A DNA stretch of 64,000 nucleotides. Origin: a virus. Location of the stretch: the IMG/VR virus record IMGVR_UViG_3300027668_001405, positions 1-64,000 of that record, one strand, 5' to 3'. The notes below the pieces were generated by a model. It was not told the origin of the DNA, did no database searches, and saw only the letters and a list, made by a program, of their open reading frames with translations. Of the stretch, positions 1-8,892 are shown piece by piece. Each line of letters starts with the position of its first letter. Position 1 is the stretch's first letter. Made by a program: the position numbers and the translations under genes.

Positions 1-105
1 TTACTACTTGCATGTAACAACGTATTGGGCTTACACTATACGTTACTGTGGAAGGTTACTCCTAAAAAATTTGTTGCAGACTTCGTGAGTATCTTAGTAG
101 AGTAA
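1..105 (+). CDS. 3' end of a hypothetical protein (partial)
   Basis: Frame 1 is open from base 1 (LLLACNNVLGLHYTLLWKVTPKKFVADFVSILVE) to TAA at 103-105. Confidence 0.4.
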   Translation, partial: LLLACNNVLGLHYTLLWKVTPKKFVADFVSILVE

Positions 106-157
106 TAAACTAGCATTTGTGTGACCAAGATATCTTATAGTGTATAGTTAATACTGG

Positions 158-187
158 TTGACAATCAAGAAACTTTAGTGTTATACT
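158..187 (+). promoter_or_regulatory. sigma70-type promoter
   Basis: TTGACA-18 nt-TATACT with TG extended -10, in the intergenic gap before ORF 211. Confidence 0.7.
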
Positions 188-210
188 AGGGTATAAGCAA
201 AGGCTCAACA

Positions 211-417
211 GTGACAGACTACAACAACACCCACATGATAGAAAGACTAGGTTTGCAGTATGCCGATTGGTATAGTGTATGCATAGGTTTAAGTACTGGA
301 CAAATTGGTCCTAGAGCTTGGTGTGAACTTCACTGCTCGGGTAGTTACAGTAGCTATGCTTATACCTACTGGTTTGAACTGGAGGCAGATGCAATGATGT
401 TTAGGATAGCACATTAA
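211..417 (+). CDS. small phage hypothetical, F-x(4-6)-A-x-x-F/L-x-L C-terminal motif family
   Basis: GTG start; ends WFELEADAMMFRIAH; stop overlaps the next start. Confidence 0.7.
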   Translation: MTDYNNTHMIERLGLQYADWYSVCIGLSTGQIGPRAWCELHCSGSYSSYAYTYWFELEADAMMFRIAH

Positions 418-818
418 TGGATAATAAATTAGATAAACACTTGAAAGAACAGTGTAGATTAGATGACGATTGGGCTGAGTATAGTGGCAGTAACCGACGA
501 CAAGCAGCGGCACTAGCTAAACTTCCTACACCACCTAGTTGGAACAATGTAGTAATAGGAAGCAAGGGTTGGGGCAATAGTAGACCCATGGATGTGGTAT
601 ACAAAGAGTATGCTCTAGAGATGGTACACTACAACAAACATCTAGACATGGGTTGGGTTTGTATAGCGTTGAATAGTTGCGACTGCACATGTCTATGCGA
701 TATGAAGTGTGCAGTAAACTGGAGTAGAACCTATTGTACAGGACACTACAGCGTTAGCGTTAACTACGTATGGTTTGAATTAGAAAAAGATGCAGTGGTG
801 TATAAATTAAGTCATTAG
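417..818 (+). CDS. phage hypothetical, same C-terminal motif family
   Basis: Ends WFELEKDAVVYKLSH; TAATG coupling to the upstream gene. Confidence 0.75.
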   Translation: MDNKLDKHLKEQCRLDDDWAEYSGSNRRQAAALAKLPTPPSWNNVVIGSKGWGNSRPMDVVYKEYALEMVHYNKHLDMGWVCIALNSCDCTCLCDMKCAVNWSRTYCTGHYSVSVNYVWFELEKDAVVYKLSH

Positions 819-828
819 GAACTAAACT

Positions 829-969
829 ATGAAAGAAACTACCAAAGAATGTCCTAGATGTGGAAGCGTACACTTGGGATTGGTACGCAGTCAGTACCTA
901 AAGTACTGCACAGATTGCTGGTTATGGTTTGAATGGCCATTGGAAAAAGACCAAAAAGACTTGAAGTAA
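829..969 (+). CDS. 46-aa zinc-ribbon protein
   Basis: Translated by hand: MKETTKECPRCGSVHLGLVRSQYLKYCTDCWLWFEWPLEKDQKDLK (CxxC...CxxC); AGGA upstream. Confidence 0.65.
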   Translation: MKETTKECPRCGSVHLGLVRSQYLKYCTDCWLWFEWPLEKDQKDLK

Positions 970-972
970 AGG

Positions 973-1001
973 TTGACAAGTAAGACGTCTTGTTATATAA
1001 T
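973..1001 (+). promoter_or_regulatory. sigma70 promoter carrying a conserved 22-bp motif
   Basis: TTGACA-17-TATAAT; GGTTGACAAGTAAGACGTCTTG is identical at 51152-51173. Confidence 0.85.
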
Positions 1002-1034
1002 AGTAGTATAAGTTAACTAAAGAAGGATTCAATT

Positions 1035-1298
1035 ATGAAAAGAAACTATAGAAACGCTTACAATGAACTATTAAAGATGCAATGTCCAGTTATTGAAGGT
1101 GGCGACAGAGGCGAAGATACATTCCGTATTAGTGCAGAACAAAACTGTGAAGACAGTGCATGTACTGTATGGGCAGACTACTACAACATGGCATCAGGAT
1201 TGTTTGGAGTACACAAGAACATTACTACAGTGTTAGACAAGCATGGATTGTATGCAGAGTGGATTAACCCTGGTGTACTTAGCGTACAGGTAGCATAA
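1035..1298 (+). CDS. phage hypothetical protein
   Basis: ORF with AAGGA SD downstream of the promoter. Confidence 0.75.
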   Translation: MKRNYRNAYNELLKMQCPVIEGGDRGEDTFRISAEQNCEDSACTVWADYYNMASGLFGVHKNITTVLDKHGLYAEWINPGVLSVQVA

Positions 1299-1699
1299 TG
1301 GCATTCATCGGAACATTCATTAAAGACTTCATTAGAGCAGGCATTTACTTGGCAGTCTTTGCATTCCTATTGGGTTTGTGTACAGGAGCATATGCAGACG
1401 AACCAGACTATAAATGGGAAGACTTTAGAGTAATAGTAGATGGAAACAGTCTTACACTTGACGAAGCTAACATAGGTCAGTTGGACTTGGTTAAGAGTAT
1501 TAAAGCACCTCTACAAAAAGAAATAGCTGAACTAGAAGCTGTAATAGGTAACCTAGAAACACAGCTAGCACAAGCAATTGAAGATGTAGAAATAGCAGAA
1601 GCATTTAAAGCCAAAGCAGATAAGACTAGAGCTGACGACATCATTAATATGGAACGTGAGCTACTTGAATGTAAACCCTCAGAAGAAGTGACTGAATAA
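1298..1699 (+). CDS. membrane-anchored/secreted coiled-coil protein
   Basis: Hydrophobic N-terminus followed by a heptad-rich C-terminus. Confidence 0.7.
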   Translation: MAFIGTFIKDFIRAGIYLAVFAFLLGLCTGAYADEPDYKWEDFRVIVDGNSLTLDEANIGQLDLVKSIKAPLQKEIAELEAVIGNLETQLAQAIEDVEIAEAFKAKADKTRADDIINMERELLECKPSEEVTE

Positions 1700-1899
1700 T
1701 GAAATACTTAAAAGAAGTAACAGTTTGGGATAGTCCAGTTCAGAACCACACCTACATGATTGATGATAAGGATTGGTGTGTAGGATACATCAAACAAGGC
1801 ACTACAGCAGAGATAATCTTTAAGCAACCATTGAAGCAGTGGAGCAAGAGTTATCGTAAGTTTGAGAAACTAGCGGAAGACATTAAAATTAACGGTTGA
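1699..1899 (+). CDS. phage hypothetical protein
   Basis: 66-aa ORF coupled to the upstream stop (TAATG). Confidence 0.7.
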   Translation: MKYLKEVTVWDSPVQNHTYMIDDKDWCVGYIKQGTTAEIIFKQPLKQWSKSYRKFEKLAEDIKING

Positions 1900-1924
1900 C
1901 ATGCACTAGTACAAGTGCTATTAT
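1896..1924 (+). promoter_or_regulatory. sigma70 promoter
   Basis: GGTTGACA-17-TATTAT. Confidence 0.7.
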
Positions 1925-1956
1925 ATCGGAACATAGCTAATCAAAAGGAAATTGAG

Positions 1957-2175
1957 ATGACTAAGACACTTATTCAAGACATTGCTAACCTAGAAGAAAG
2001 TATTATTCTACTCCAAGAAGGTGCTAGTGATGAGAAGCATATGGCCCTGGCTAACCTAGTGAGGATGCTGAGTGAGAAGAGAGAACAGTTAGAGCTGATA
2101 GCTACTACGTTTAAAACGGATATCGATACAGCAGACGGTATTCGCAGTACTATAATGGGCTTTAAGATTAAGTAG
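1957..2175 (+). CDS. hypothetical helical protein
   Basis: Start moved to ATG 1957 (MTKTLIQ...) because it lies after the promoter and an AAGGA SD. Confidence 0.7.
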   Translation: MTKTLIQDIANLEESIILLQEGASDEKHMALANLVRMLSEKREQLELIATTFKTDIDTADGIRSTIMGFKIK

Positions 2176-2509
2176 GAATAATCTTCATAGGATTAACCTG
2201 CTTATGTAAGTTACTAGATGTAGGTTTACTACACATCTTTTTACAAATACTTGGACAGTTAGGAGATTTATCTTCTAGCTGTTTTTTTAAGGTTAACCAT
2301 AATTTGCTGTTAATCACAGCATCCATTCCACCAAACAATAGTTGTAGATCTTTTATCTTTAGATCGTTATCGCTAGCCCACATTAAGAACTCATCCCAAT
2401 CCAATGTATTATTAACAAAGCAACAAGGTCTAACGTAACCGTCAGGGCCTATGAATACACTGTGACTTTCGTGTTGCAAACATCTAGGGTTTAGTTCTAT
2501 TTGTTCCAT
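2168..2509 (-). CDS. stand-alone SPASM/twitch Fe-S domain protein
   Basis: PRC...VFIGPDGYVRPCC...CPSICKKMC. Confidence 0.8.
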   Translation of the reverse strand: MEQIELNPRCLQHESHSVFIGPDGYVRPCCFVNNTLDWDEFLMWASDNDLKIKDLQLLFGGMDAVINSKLWLTLKKQLEDKSPNCPSICKKMCSKPTSSNLHKQVNPMKIIPT

Positions 2510-3147
2510 AACTCTAATTCTTTGGGGAATAGGTATTGACTAATGTCGTGCTGTTCCATGCTTCTTGGATATGCTCTCCACCTACTACTTTTCATTACTT
2601 CAAACCTATCAAAGCCAATCTCCAATGCTAACTCTTTGGCAGTTTTTGTTTGATGTGCATTGTATGGGAACTCTATCCATTTCCATATTGTTTTAGGTCT
2701 ACGATCCTTGGGCATACTAAGTATCTTACTCATAGCATATTCTATATTACTCCACTTGGAATGTTTACGATAGATGTGATTGGTATCTTCTAATCCATCT
2801 ACACTAAATGTCCAAGTCATCTTATGTATGTCTAGGTCAGTGTTGATTACATCCCATAACTCTTTCTTACCAAAACTACCATTAGTTTCTAGATGTACAC
2901 GCTTACCTAACCAAGCATAGAAATCTAATATCTGTAGTATATCTGGGTGGTAAAGCGGATCTCCGTAACAGCCAACGAACAGATAAGTCTTAAAGTCTGT
3001 GTTCTTTGCTATCCACTTTACATGATCCAACAACATATGTCCTGTGTTCCATTGTCCTTTAAGGTGCTTTTGATAATTTCGTGGACAACCTGGGCATCCC
3101 AGACTACAGACAGTTGTCAACTCAATTTCAATGTTATTATGGTTCAT
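2497..3147 (-). CDS. radical SAM enzyme (subfamily A, split from its SPASM domain)
   Basis: IELTTVCSLGCPGCPR (CxxxCxxC), GCYGDP, TNGS, FSVDGLEDTNHIYR. Confidence 0.9.
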   Translation of the reverse strand: MNHNNIEIELTTVCSLGCPGCPRNYQKHLKGQWNTGHMLLDHVKWIAKNTDFKTYLFVGCYGDPLYHPDILQILDFYAWLGKRVHLETNGSFGKKELWDVINTDLDIHKMTWTFSVDGLEDTNHIYRKHSKWSNIEYAMSKILSMPKDRRPKTIWKWIEFPYNAHQTKTAKELALEIGFDRFEVMKSSRWRAYPRSMEQHDISQYLFPKELELWNK

Positions 3148-3841
3148 TCATCTCCGCCCAAATTACTTTAAACGCTTTACATCCCAATTCAATTGTTGGG
3201 TGTGCAAAGATTTTTTTATCTCTAATAGGTTCTTGCCAATCTGATTCTTGTGTTGCTATTTTTGCACTTTCAGTTATATAATCCATATCAGTAAACGTTA
3301 CTCCATGTTGTTTAAATAACTTGCCGGCTTCTTCCCATATTTCTGGGCCACAACATCCAATCCAACCTCTGAACGCATATACATCAGCACCTAGCTTGGC
3401 CAGCATACACAATACACTTACTAGGTTACGGAAGTAATGGTCACCGCTAAAAGCCTCTTCGGTAAAACCTTTAAGTGATAAGCCTGCATCTTGCATATAG
3501 AACTCGTCGCGGCCAGTTAGATTGTTATGTATAAACTGTCCTAGAGGAAACTTATTCTTATTGTATGTACCAGTTATTTTACTCAAGTTAAGTTTAACTC
3601 TATCTTCCCACATTATTTCTTTGTGAGTTACTAGTGTTTGTCTATGGATTCCAGTAAACTGAACAATAACTGTTGATTTACTAATATCATGCAATAGGAA
3701 ATGATTAAGTATTCCACTTAATGGAAACCCATTACCACCTCCACTCATTTGAAGTCTTAGAGTATCTGCTGAATAGTTGAAATAAGGCATCCAGGATTCT
3801 CCGAGGCTACACCCACCTAATATTGTTGTTTCATAGTTCAT
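3137..3841 (-). CDS. SGNH-hydrolase/acyltransferase-like protein
   Basis: N-terminal LGGCSLG (GxS block), SGGGN, VIVQFTG and C-terminal HP. Confidence 0.5.
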   Translation of the reverse strand: MNYETTILGGCSLGESWMPYFNYSADTLRLQMSGGGNGFPLSGILNHFLLHDISKSTVIVQFTGIHRQTLVTHKEIMWEDRVKLNLSKITGTYNKNKFPLGQFIHNNLTGRDEFYMQDAGLSLKGFTEEAFSGDHYFRNLVSVLCMLAKLGADVYAFRGWIGCCGPEIWEEAGKLFKQHGVTFTDMDYITESAKIATQESDWQEPIRDKKIFAHPTIELGCKAFKVIWAEMNEP

Positions 3842-3910
3842 GTTAGTATTTATGCTTGCAAAATAGTTAAAACGTGTTATAATAAATAGTATTATACAAA
3901 AGGAGTTTAT

Positions 3911-4012
3911 ATGAGCAAAGCAATAGCATATGCCTTTGTAGGAATATTTACAATCACAACAGGTCTGTATTTCTACATGGACATGATATTAAGAAGTTAT
4001 TTTATAACATGA
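3911..4012 (+). CDS. 33-aa single-pass membrane peptide
   Basis: AGGAG SD; MSKAIAYAFVGIFTITTGLYFYMDMILRSYFIT; ATGA overlap with the next gene. Confidence 0.6.
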   Translation: MSKAIAYAFVGIFTITTGLYFYMDMILRSYFIT

Positions 4013-5517
4013 AACCTATTAAGATTTGGGGAATAACGACAGGGTCACATGATGCAAGCATTTGTGTTGTGGATCAAAGTCGTACAGGAAGTCTAGAGAT
4101 AGAGTTCGCGGCTCATGCTGAACGTAGCAGTCGCATTAAGAACGACAAGAACCTTAATAGAACACTAATCGAACAGGCACTAGAGTTTGGCAACCCTAGC
4201 GAGATAATACACTACGAACACGACTTACTAAAACGTACTAGACAGCTATGGGCTGGTCAGTACAGTACAGCGTGGAACAAGCCAAGTATTAAGAAGCAGT
4301 TGAAAGCAGTCTATCCAGAACTAGATTGCAAAATTAAGTATGCAAAGCATCATGCAAGTCATGCCGCTGGTGGATACTATACCAGTCAGTTTACAGATGC
4401 AACAGTATTGGTAATTGACAGTATTGGTGAATGGGAAACATTAAGTGTATGGAACGGAGAAGGAAGTAAACTTGAACGTGTGTACAGTCAGAAGTTCCCT
4501 AACAGTCTAGGCATATGGTATAGTGCAATGACACAACGTATAGGTCTTAAACCTAACGAAGATGAATACATATTAATGGGCTGGGCCGCATTAGGTGATC
4601 CCGAAAAGTATAAGATGAAGATATGGAACGACTTCTTCCATCCTATATCAGACAATGGCTTACCAATTGTAAAGCTAAAGAAGAACCTACATCGTGGATG
4701 CAAGGACTGGGCACCAGAGCTAAACAGCATACAAGACTATGCAGACTTAGCCGCAGGTACGCAGGCAGTATATGAATATGTATTCCGTAAACTAGTTAAC
4801 TGGTGCAAGAATAATACACCAAGCAAGAACTTAGTTATAATGGGAGGTTGTGCATTAAATTGTGTAGCCAACACTATAGCAAGACAACATTACAATGATG
4901 TATGGATAATGCCTAACCCAGGTGATGCAGGTAGTAGCTTAGGTGCTATCCTTGCAATCAAGAAGAGGCACATACATTTTAATAGTCCTTACTTAGGTTA
5001 TAGAATCTCAGGAAGTTATCCTGTTAACAAAGCATTAGAAGAACTTAAAATAAATAGAATGGTAGGAGTTGCTAATGGTCGTGCAGAGTTTGGACCCAGA
5101 GCATTAGGTAATAGAAGTTTGTTTGCTGACCCACGTGGAAATGATGTTAAGGACTTAGTCAATACAGTTAAACGTAGACAAGAGTTTAGACCATTTGCTC
5201 CAGTGATACTAGAAGAACATGCAAGTAGTTACTTTGATGGACCAACAGGACCTTATATGCAATACACAAGTGTATGCAGAGACCCAGAAGCATTTCCAGC
5301 AATTGCACACTTAGATAACACAAGTAGAGTACAGACTGTTAATCAGTTCCAACACCCTAAGTTACATGAATTGCTAACACGTTGGTACAAGGATACCGGT
5401 TGTCCAATGTTATTGAATACAAGTTTAAATATTAAAGGTGAGCCAATGGTAGACACTGAGTCAGATGCTCAGAGATGGCAACAAACATATGGAGTTAAGG
5501 TAATAACGCATGACTAA
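4009..5517 (+). CDS. O-carbamoyltransferase (NodU/CmcH/TobZ family)
   Basis: HDAS, HHASHA, GGCALNC, GRAEFGPRALGNRS, KRRQEFRPFAP, LLNTSLN. Confidence 0.92.
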   Translation: MKPIKIWGITTGSHDASICVVDQSRTGSLEIEFAAHAERSSRIKNDKNLNRTLIEQALEFGNPSEIIHYEHDLLKRTRQLWAGQYSTAWNKPSIKKQLKAVYPELDCKIKYAKHHASHAAGGYYTSQFTDATVLVIDSIGEWETLSVWNGEGSKLERVYSQKFPNSLGIWYSAMTQRIGLKPNEDEYILMGWAALGDPEKYKMKIWNDFFHPISDNGLPIVKLKKNLHRGCKDWAPELNSIQDYADLAAGTQAVYEYVFRKLVNWCKNNTPSKNLVIMGGCALNCVANTIARQHYNDVWIMPNPGDAGSSLGAILAIKKRHIHFNSPYLGYRISGSYPVNKALEELKINRMVGVANGRAEFGPRALGNRSLFADPRGNDVKDLVNTVKRRQEFRPFAPVILEEHASSYFDGPTGPYMQYTSVCRDPEAFPAIAHLDNTSRVQTVNQFQHPKLHELLTRWYKDTGCPMLLNTSLNIKGEPMVDTESDAQRWQQTYGVKVITHD

Positions 5518-5689
5518 GAAGAGAAGGTTGCTAAGTGGCAACGAGGTTTCAGAACTAGAAACCCATACAACGTTAGAAATTAGGACTAGATGTCCTGAGA
5601 AGTATAAGCTAGTAGATATGGAAACAGGTGAAGAATATACAGGTAACCTACCAGAAGATACTAAGTGGCATTGGAGAAAGATAATATGA
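5510..5689 (+). CDS. 59-aa phage hypothetical
   Basis: Translated by hand: MTKKRRLLSG...RCPEKYKLVDMETGEEYTG...; overlaps both neighbours. Confidence 0.65.
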   Translation: MTKKRRLLSGNEVSELETHTTLEIRTRCPEKYKLVDMETGEEYTGNLPEDTKWHWRKII

Positions 5690-5886
5690 GTGAAATAGCA
5701 GAACGTATGCAGGAACTATGTGAACCAATTGATAGACAAATATTGATGTGTGATAACAGAGAAGATACTCTTATGTTAGCATGTGCAATGTTAGAGAAGG
5801 TTAAGATAATACTTGACTCTCAGATTGGAGAACGAGGTAGGATGGAAATTATAGCACAAGCCAATAATATTAAGTTGGACTCGTGA
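5686..5886 (+). CDS. hypothetical protein
   Basis: Start moved to ATG 5686 (MSEIAERMQEL), which gives an ATGA overlap. Confidence 0.65.
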   Translation: MSEIAERMQELCEPIDRQILMCDNREDTLMLACAMLEKVKIILDSQIGERGRMEIIAQANNIKLDS

Positions 5887-6002
5887 AGATAACAAACCCA
5901 ATCAAGTGGGCTAAAGAAGCTATAGCACGTTGGAAATACAAACGTGCAATTAAGGCCAAACTAAAGAAGTTGAAAGAGAAAGATCCTTTCATTTACGACT
6001 AA
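5883..6002 (+). CDS. 39-aa basic peptide
   Basis: GTG start, ends KKLKEKDPFIYD; GTGA overlap. Confidence 0.55.
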   Translation: MKITNPIKWAKEAIARWKYKRAIKAKLKKLKEKDPFIYD

Positions 6003-6022
6003 ACGATTACGCAGAGGAACAC

Positions 6023-6526
6023 ATGAAAATCTTAATATGCGGCTTACCCGGTAGCGGTAAGAGCACTCTAGCAGAGCCCCTTGCTAAACTCACAGGTGGC
6101 GTATGGATTAATGCAGATGCAGTTAGATCCAAGTACGAAGGGCCAGACATAACACTATGGGACTTTAGTCTCGCAGGTCGTGTTAAACAAGCACAACGTA
6201 TGAAACATTTAGCAGACGGAGTAGAACTAGCAGGTAAGATTGCTATCACTGACTTTGTATGCCCTACAGAAATTACACGTAAAGCATTTGGTGCAGACTT
6301 TGTTGTTTGGATGGATACGATTCAAAAAGGAAAATACGACGATACTAATCAAATGTTTGAACCACCAAAGCATTATGACTATCATGTATCACAGTGGTTT
6401 GATAATACACACACGCAATTAATGCATGTTGTTAACAGGTTTGTAGAAGTACAAGCAAAGCAGGATACTGATGATAGAAACGATAGGCATTTAACTGAAG
6501 GTGAATCTGGATGGGATCGAAAATGA
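6023..6526 (+). CDS. cysC: adenylylsulfate (APS) kinase-like P-loop kinase
   Basis: GLPGSGKST, NADAVR, DFS..GRVKQA.RM, DFVCP. Confidence 0.7.
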   Translation: MKILICGLPGSGKSTLAEPLAKLTGGVWINADAVRSKYEGPDITLWDFSLAGRVKQAQRMKHLADGVELAGKIAITDFVCPTEITRKAFGADFVVWMDTIQKGKYDDTNQMFEPPKHYDYHVSQWFDNTHTQLMHVVNRFVEVQAKQDTDDRNDRHLTEGESGWDRK

Positions 6527-6552
6527 AAACGCAAGGTAAGTTAGAATAAGAC

Positions 6553-6581
6553 TTGACAAACACTAAAGATTTGTGTATAAT
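6553..6581 (+). promoter_or_regulatory. sigma70 promoter
   Basis: TTGACA-17-TATAAT. Confidence 0.8.
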
Positions 6582-6604
6582 AATAACTTAAACAAGGAGA
6601 ACTA

Positions 6605-6739
6605 ATGGGATATTTTTTATTAGGAGTACTTATTGGCTGGTTAGTGCCAAGACCAAAGTTCATAGGCAAAGCGGAAGCAGCCATATGGAACCCAATCAAA
6701 TCAAAACTACCAAAGAGTGTTACTAAACACTTTGGATAA
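6605..6739 (+). CDS. 44-aa membrane peptide
   Basis: AGGAG SD; MGYFLLGVLIGWLVPRPK... Confidence 0.6.
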   Translation: MGYFLLGVLIGWLVPRPKFIGKAEAAIWNPIKSKLPKSVTKHFG

Positions 6740-6754
6740 TAAAAAGGACTGAAC

Positions 6755-6934
6755 ATGGATAATGTACACAATCAAATAGTAGAAGCATACAATGCTTATA
6801 TTACCGAGCATGAAGCTTGGGAAGATAAAACAGTAAAAGCTGCTGCCGCTAGAGCACGTAAAGCACTAGGCGACCTTGGTAAATTAACTAAGTCACGTAG
6901 AGCAGAGATTCAAGAAAAGAAAAACGCACTTTAA
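6755..6934 (+). CDS. Hc1/histone-H1-like small basic protein
   Basis: Translated by hand: ...KAAAARARKALGDLGKLTKSRRAEIQEKKNAL. Confidence 0.6.
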   Translation: MDNVHNQIVEAYNAYITEHEAWEDKTVKAAAARARKALGDLGKLTKSRRAEIQEKKNAL

Positions 6935-6947
6935 TAGGAGTTAGTAA

Positions 6948-7634
6948 GTGAATAGGAAGATACTACAACAACTAGCTATTATGTTTCAAGCAAGCCCTCA
7001 GCTTATGCGAGACAATGACTTACTATCTAAAGCAATCAATGGAACGTTTGGAGTAGAGATACGACCAGAGTTCGTTAACATTGTTGAACTATCAGAGCAG
7101 ATTGACTATGCTGTACTGGAGAAATACTTCAGTACAGTATGGCAACCACAAACAAAGAAATACAAGTACAGTGGACTAAGCATCATTGATGAAGTCAATG
7201 CATTGCACCCACTTAAAGTATTAGACTTGGGTTGTGGTTATAACGAGTTCAAAGGAAAGATTAATAACCTACTAGGAATTGATCCATACAACGACAAAGC
7301 AGATGTAAAAATAAAGATAATGGATTATGCGAGTGCAGAACCAGCTGATGTTTTAATTTGCTTGGGAAGTATTAACTTTGGAAGCGTAGACAAGATTTAT
7401 AATGAACTAGAACATGCAGTAAAACTCACAAAGAAAGATGGGTTGCTTTATTTTAGAGCTAACCCAGGCACACAACACACAGCTCCAGAAGCAACGTGGA
7501 TTGAGTTCTTTGGATGGACTAGTGAATTTATAATTAACAGTGCAGAGAAACTAGGCTGCTCTATCCTAGAGTTGAGACAAGAAATGGGTGAACGTGGTTC
7601 ACGCTATTACTTTGTGTTTAAAAAGGATAAATAA
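6948..7634 (+). CDS. class I SAM-dependent methyltransferase
   Basis: VLDLGCGYNE, IDPYN, CLGSINFG; paralogue at 48791. Confidence 0.85.
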   Translation: MNRKILQQLAIMFQASPQLMRDNDLLSKAINGTFGVEIRPEFVNIVELSEQIDYAVLEKYFSTVWQPQTKKYKYSGLSIIDEVNALHPLKVLDLGCGYNEFKGKINNLLGIDPYNDKADVKIKIMDYASAEPADVLICLGSINFGSVDKIYNELEHAVKLTKKDGLLYFRANPGTQHTAPEATWIEFFGWTSEFIINSAEKLGCSILELRQEMGERGSRYYFVFKKDK

Positions 7635-7643
7635 ACATAACAG

Positions 7644-7789
7644 CAATACAGAGTTGTATTGATTCGTTTTAAGGCCATTGCACCACACACATAGACGAGC
7701 GTCATAGTGTCCACAAGTGCAACTCATCATACAAACAATAGATGTTTTATAGAGTGCGGAAGCTTCGTAACTTAGTTACGGCATCCTCT
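7644..7789 (+). ncRNA. candidate structured 5' leader RNA
   Basis: 186-nt gap containing three hairpins (7644-7661, 7678-7722, 7766-7780). Confidence 0.3.
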
Positions 7790-7820
7790 TGGCAAATTTT
7801 CATACAATTAGGAGAACAAC

Positions 7821-8879
7821 ATGAAAAAAGTAATATTAGGCGCATTAGCAGCTCTAACGTTAACAGCAAGTACAGCATTTGCTGACTATACCCTAATCGT
7901 GCCACAGGCACCTGGTAAGGGCACTTCAGTTTGGAGTGAAATTATTGCTAAGAACTTAGAAAAGTTCCTAGGTGAACCAGTAGTGGTTCGTCATATTCCA
8001 GGCGCACGTGATATTCCTGGTTTCAACAAGTTCCATGACAGTCTACGTTTTGATGATAAAACAATCATGGTTGCACACGGTGGCAACGGTGTATCGTTTC
8101 TATTAGATAAAGTTAGATACAATTATTTCGATTATGAACTAATTGGTTCAATGAACAACGATATCGTTCTTGGTAAACAAGAAGGTAAAGATGAAAAATC
8201 AGGAACTTGGACAATCGCAGGTGGCTCAGGTTTTGAACCAGATGCAGCCGCGGCAGCAATGTTAATCTGTGGCCCACAAACAAACGGTTCAATCGATGCC
8301 TACTTGGCATGTTGGAGAGAACGTGTTGTATGGGTTAACGGTGTATCAGGCGGTGAAAAGCGTCTAGGTTTCCAAAATGGTGAATTTGATATTGCACGTG
8401 AATCACCAGCGGCATGGAAGCGTTTCTATACAGATATCGAAGGTAATGAACTTTGGTTCACACATGGTATCTTAGACTTAGAAAACAATGTACAAATGGA
8501 TGACGCTAACTTCCCGAATACACAATTTGAAGATGTGTATGAAAGATTATATGGCGAACGTCCAGCAGGAGATTTATATCAAGCATATAAACTTACTCGT
8601 AACTGGCGTGACGCAATCCAAAAATCACTTTGGATGAACAAAGGTAACCCGAATGCGGCAAAAGTAAAAGCGGCTGTAACTGCGATGATTAATGACCCAG
8701 TTGCAAGTGCAGAAATTTATGCCAAGACAGGTGTTTATCCTTGGATTCAAGACGGTGATAGTCTATTAGCGGCTCTTAAATCTTTGATTACAGAGAAAGC
8801 CCTAAAAGATGCGGTTCGTTGGAATCAAGAAGCATATGGCTTCCCATCAATCTATAAACCAGAACTACTAGAAGATTAA
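7821..8879 (+). CDS. tctC: tripartite tricarboxylate transporter substrate-binding protein (divergent)
   Basis: Signal peptide; LIVPQAPG; VVVRHIPGA; adjacent to tctA. Confidence 0.75.
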   Translation: MKKVILGALAALTLTASTAFADYTLIVPQAPGKGTSVWSEIIAKNLEKFLGEPVVVRHIPGARDIPGFNKFHDSLRFDDKTIMVAHGGNGVSFLLDKVRYNYFDYELIGSMNNDIVLGKQEGKDEKSGTWTIAGGSGFEPDAAAAAMLICGPQTNGSIDAYLACWRERVVWVNGVSGGEKRLGFQNGEFDIARESPAAWKRFYTDIEGNELWFTHGILDLENNVQMDDANFPNTQFEDVYERLYGERPAGDLYQAYKLTRNWRDAIQKSLWMNKGNPNAAKVKAAVTAMINDPVASAEIYAKTGVYPWIQDGDSLLAALKSLITEKALKDAVRWNQEAYGFPSIYKPELLED

Positions 8880-8892
8880 GGAGTAGCATAAC

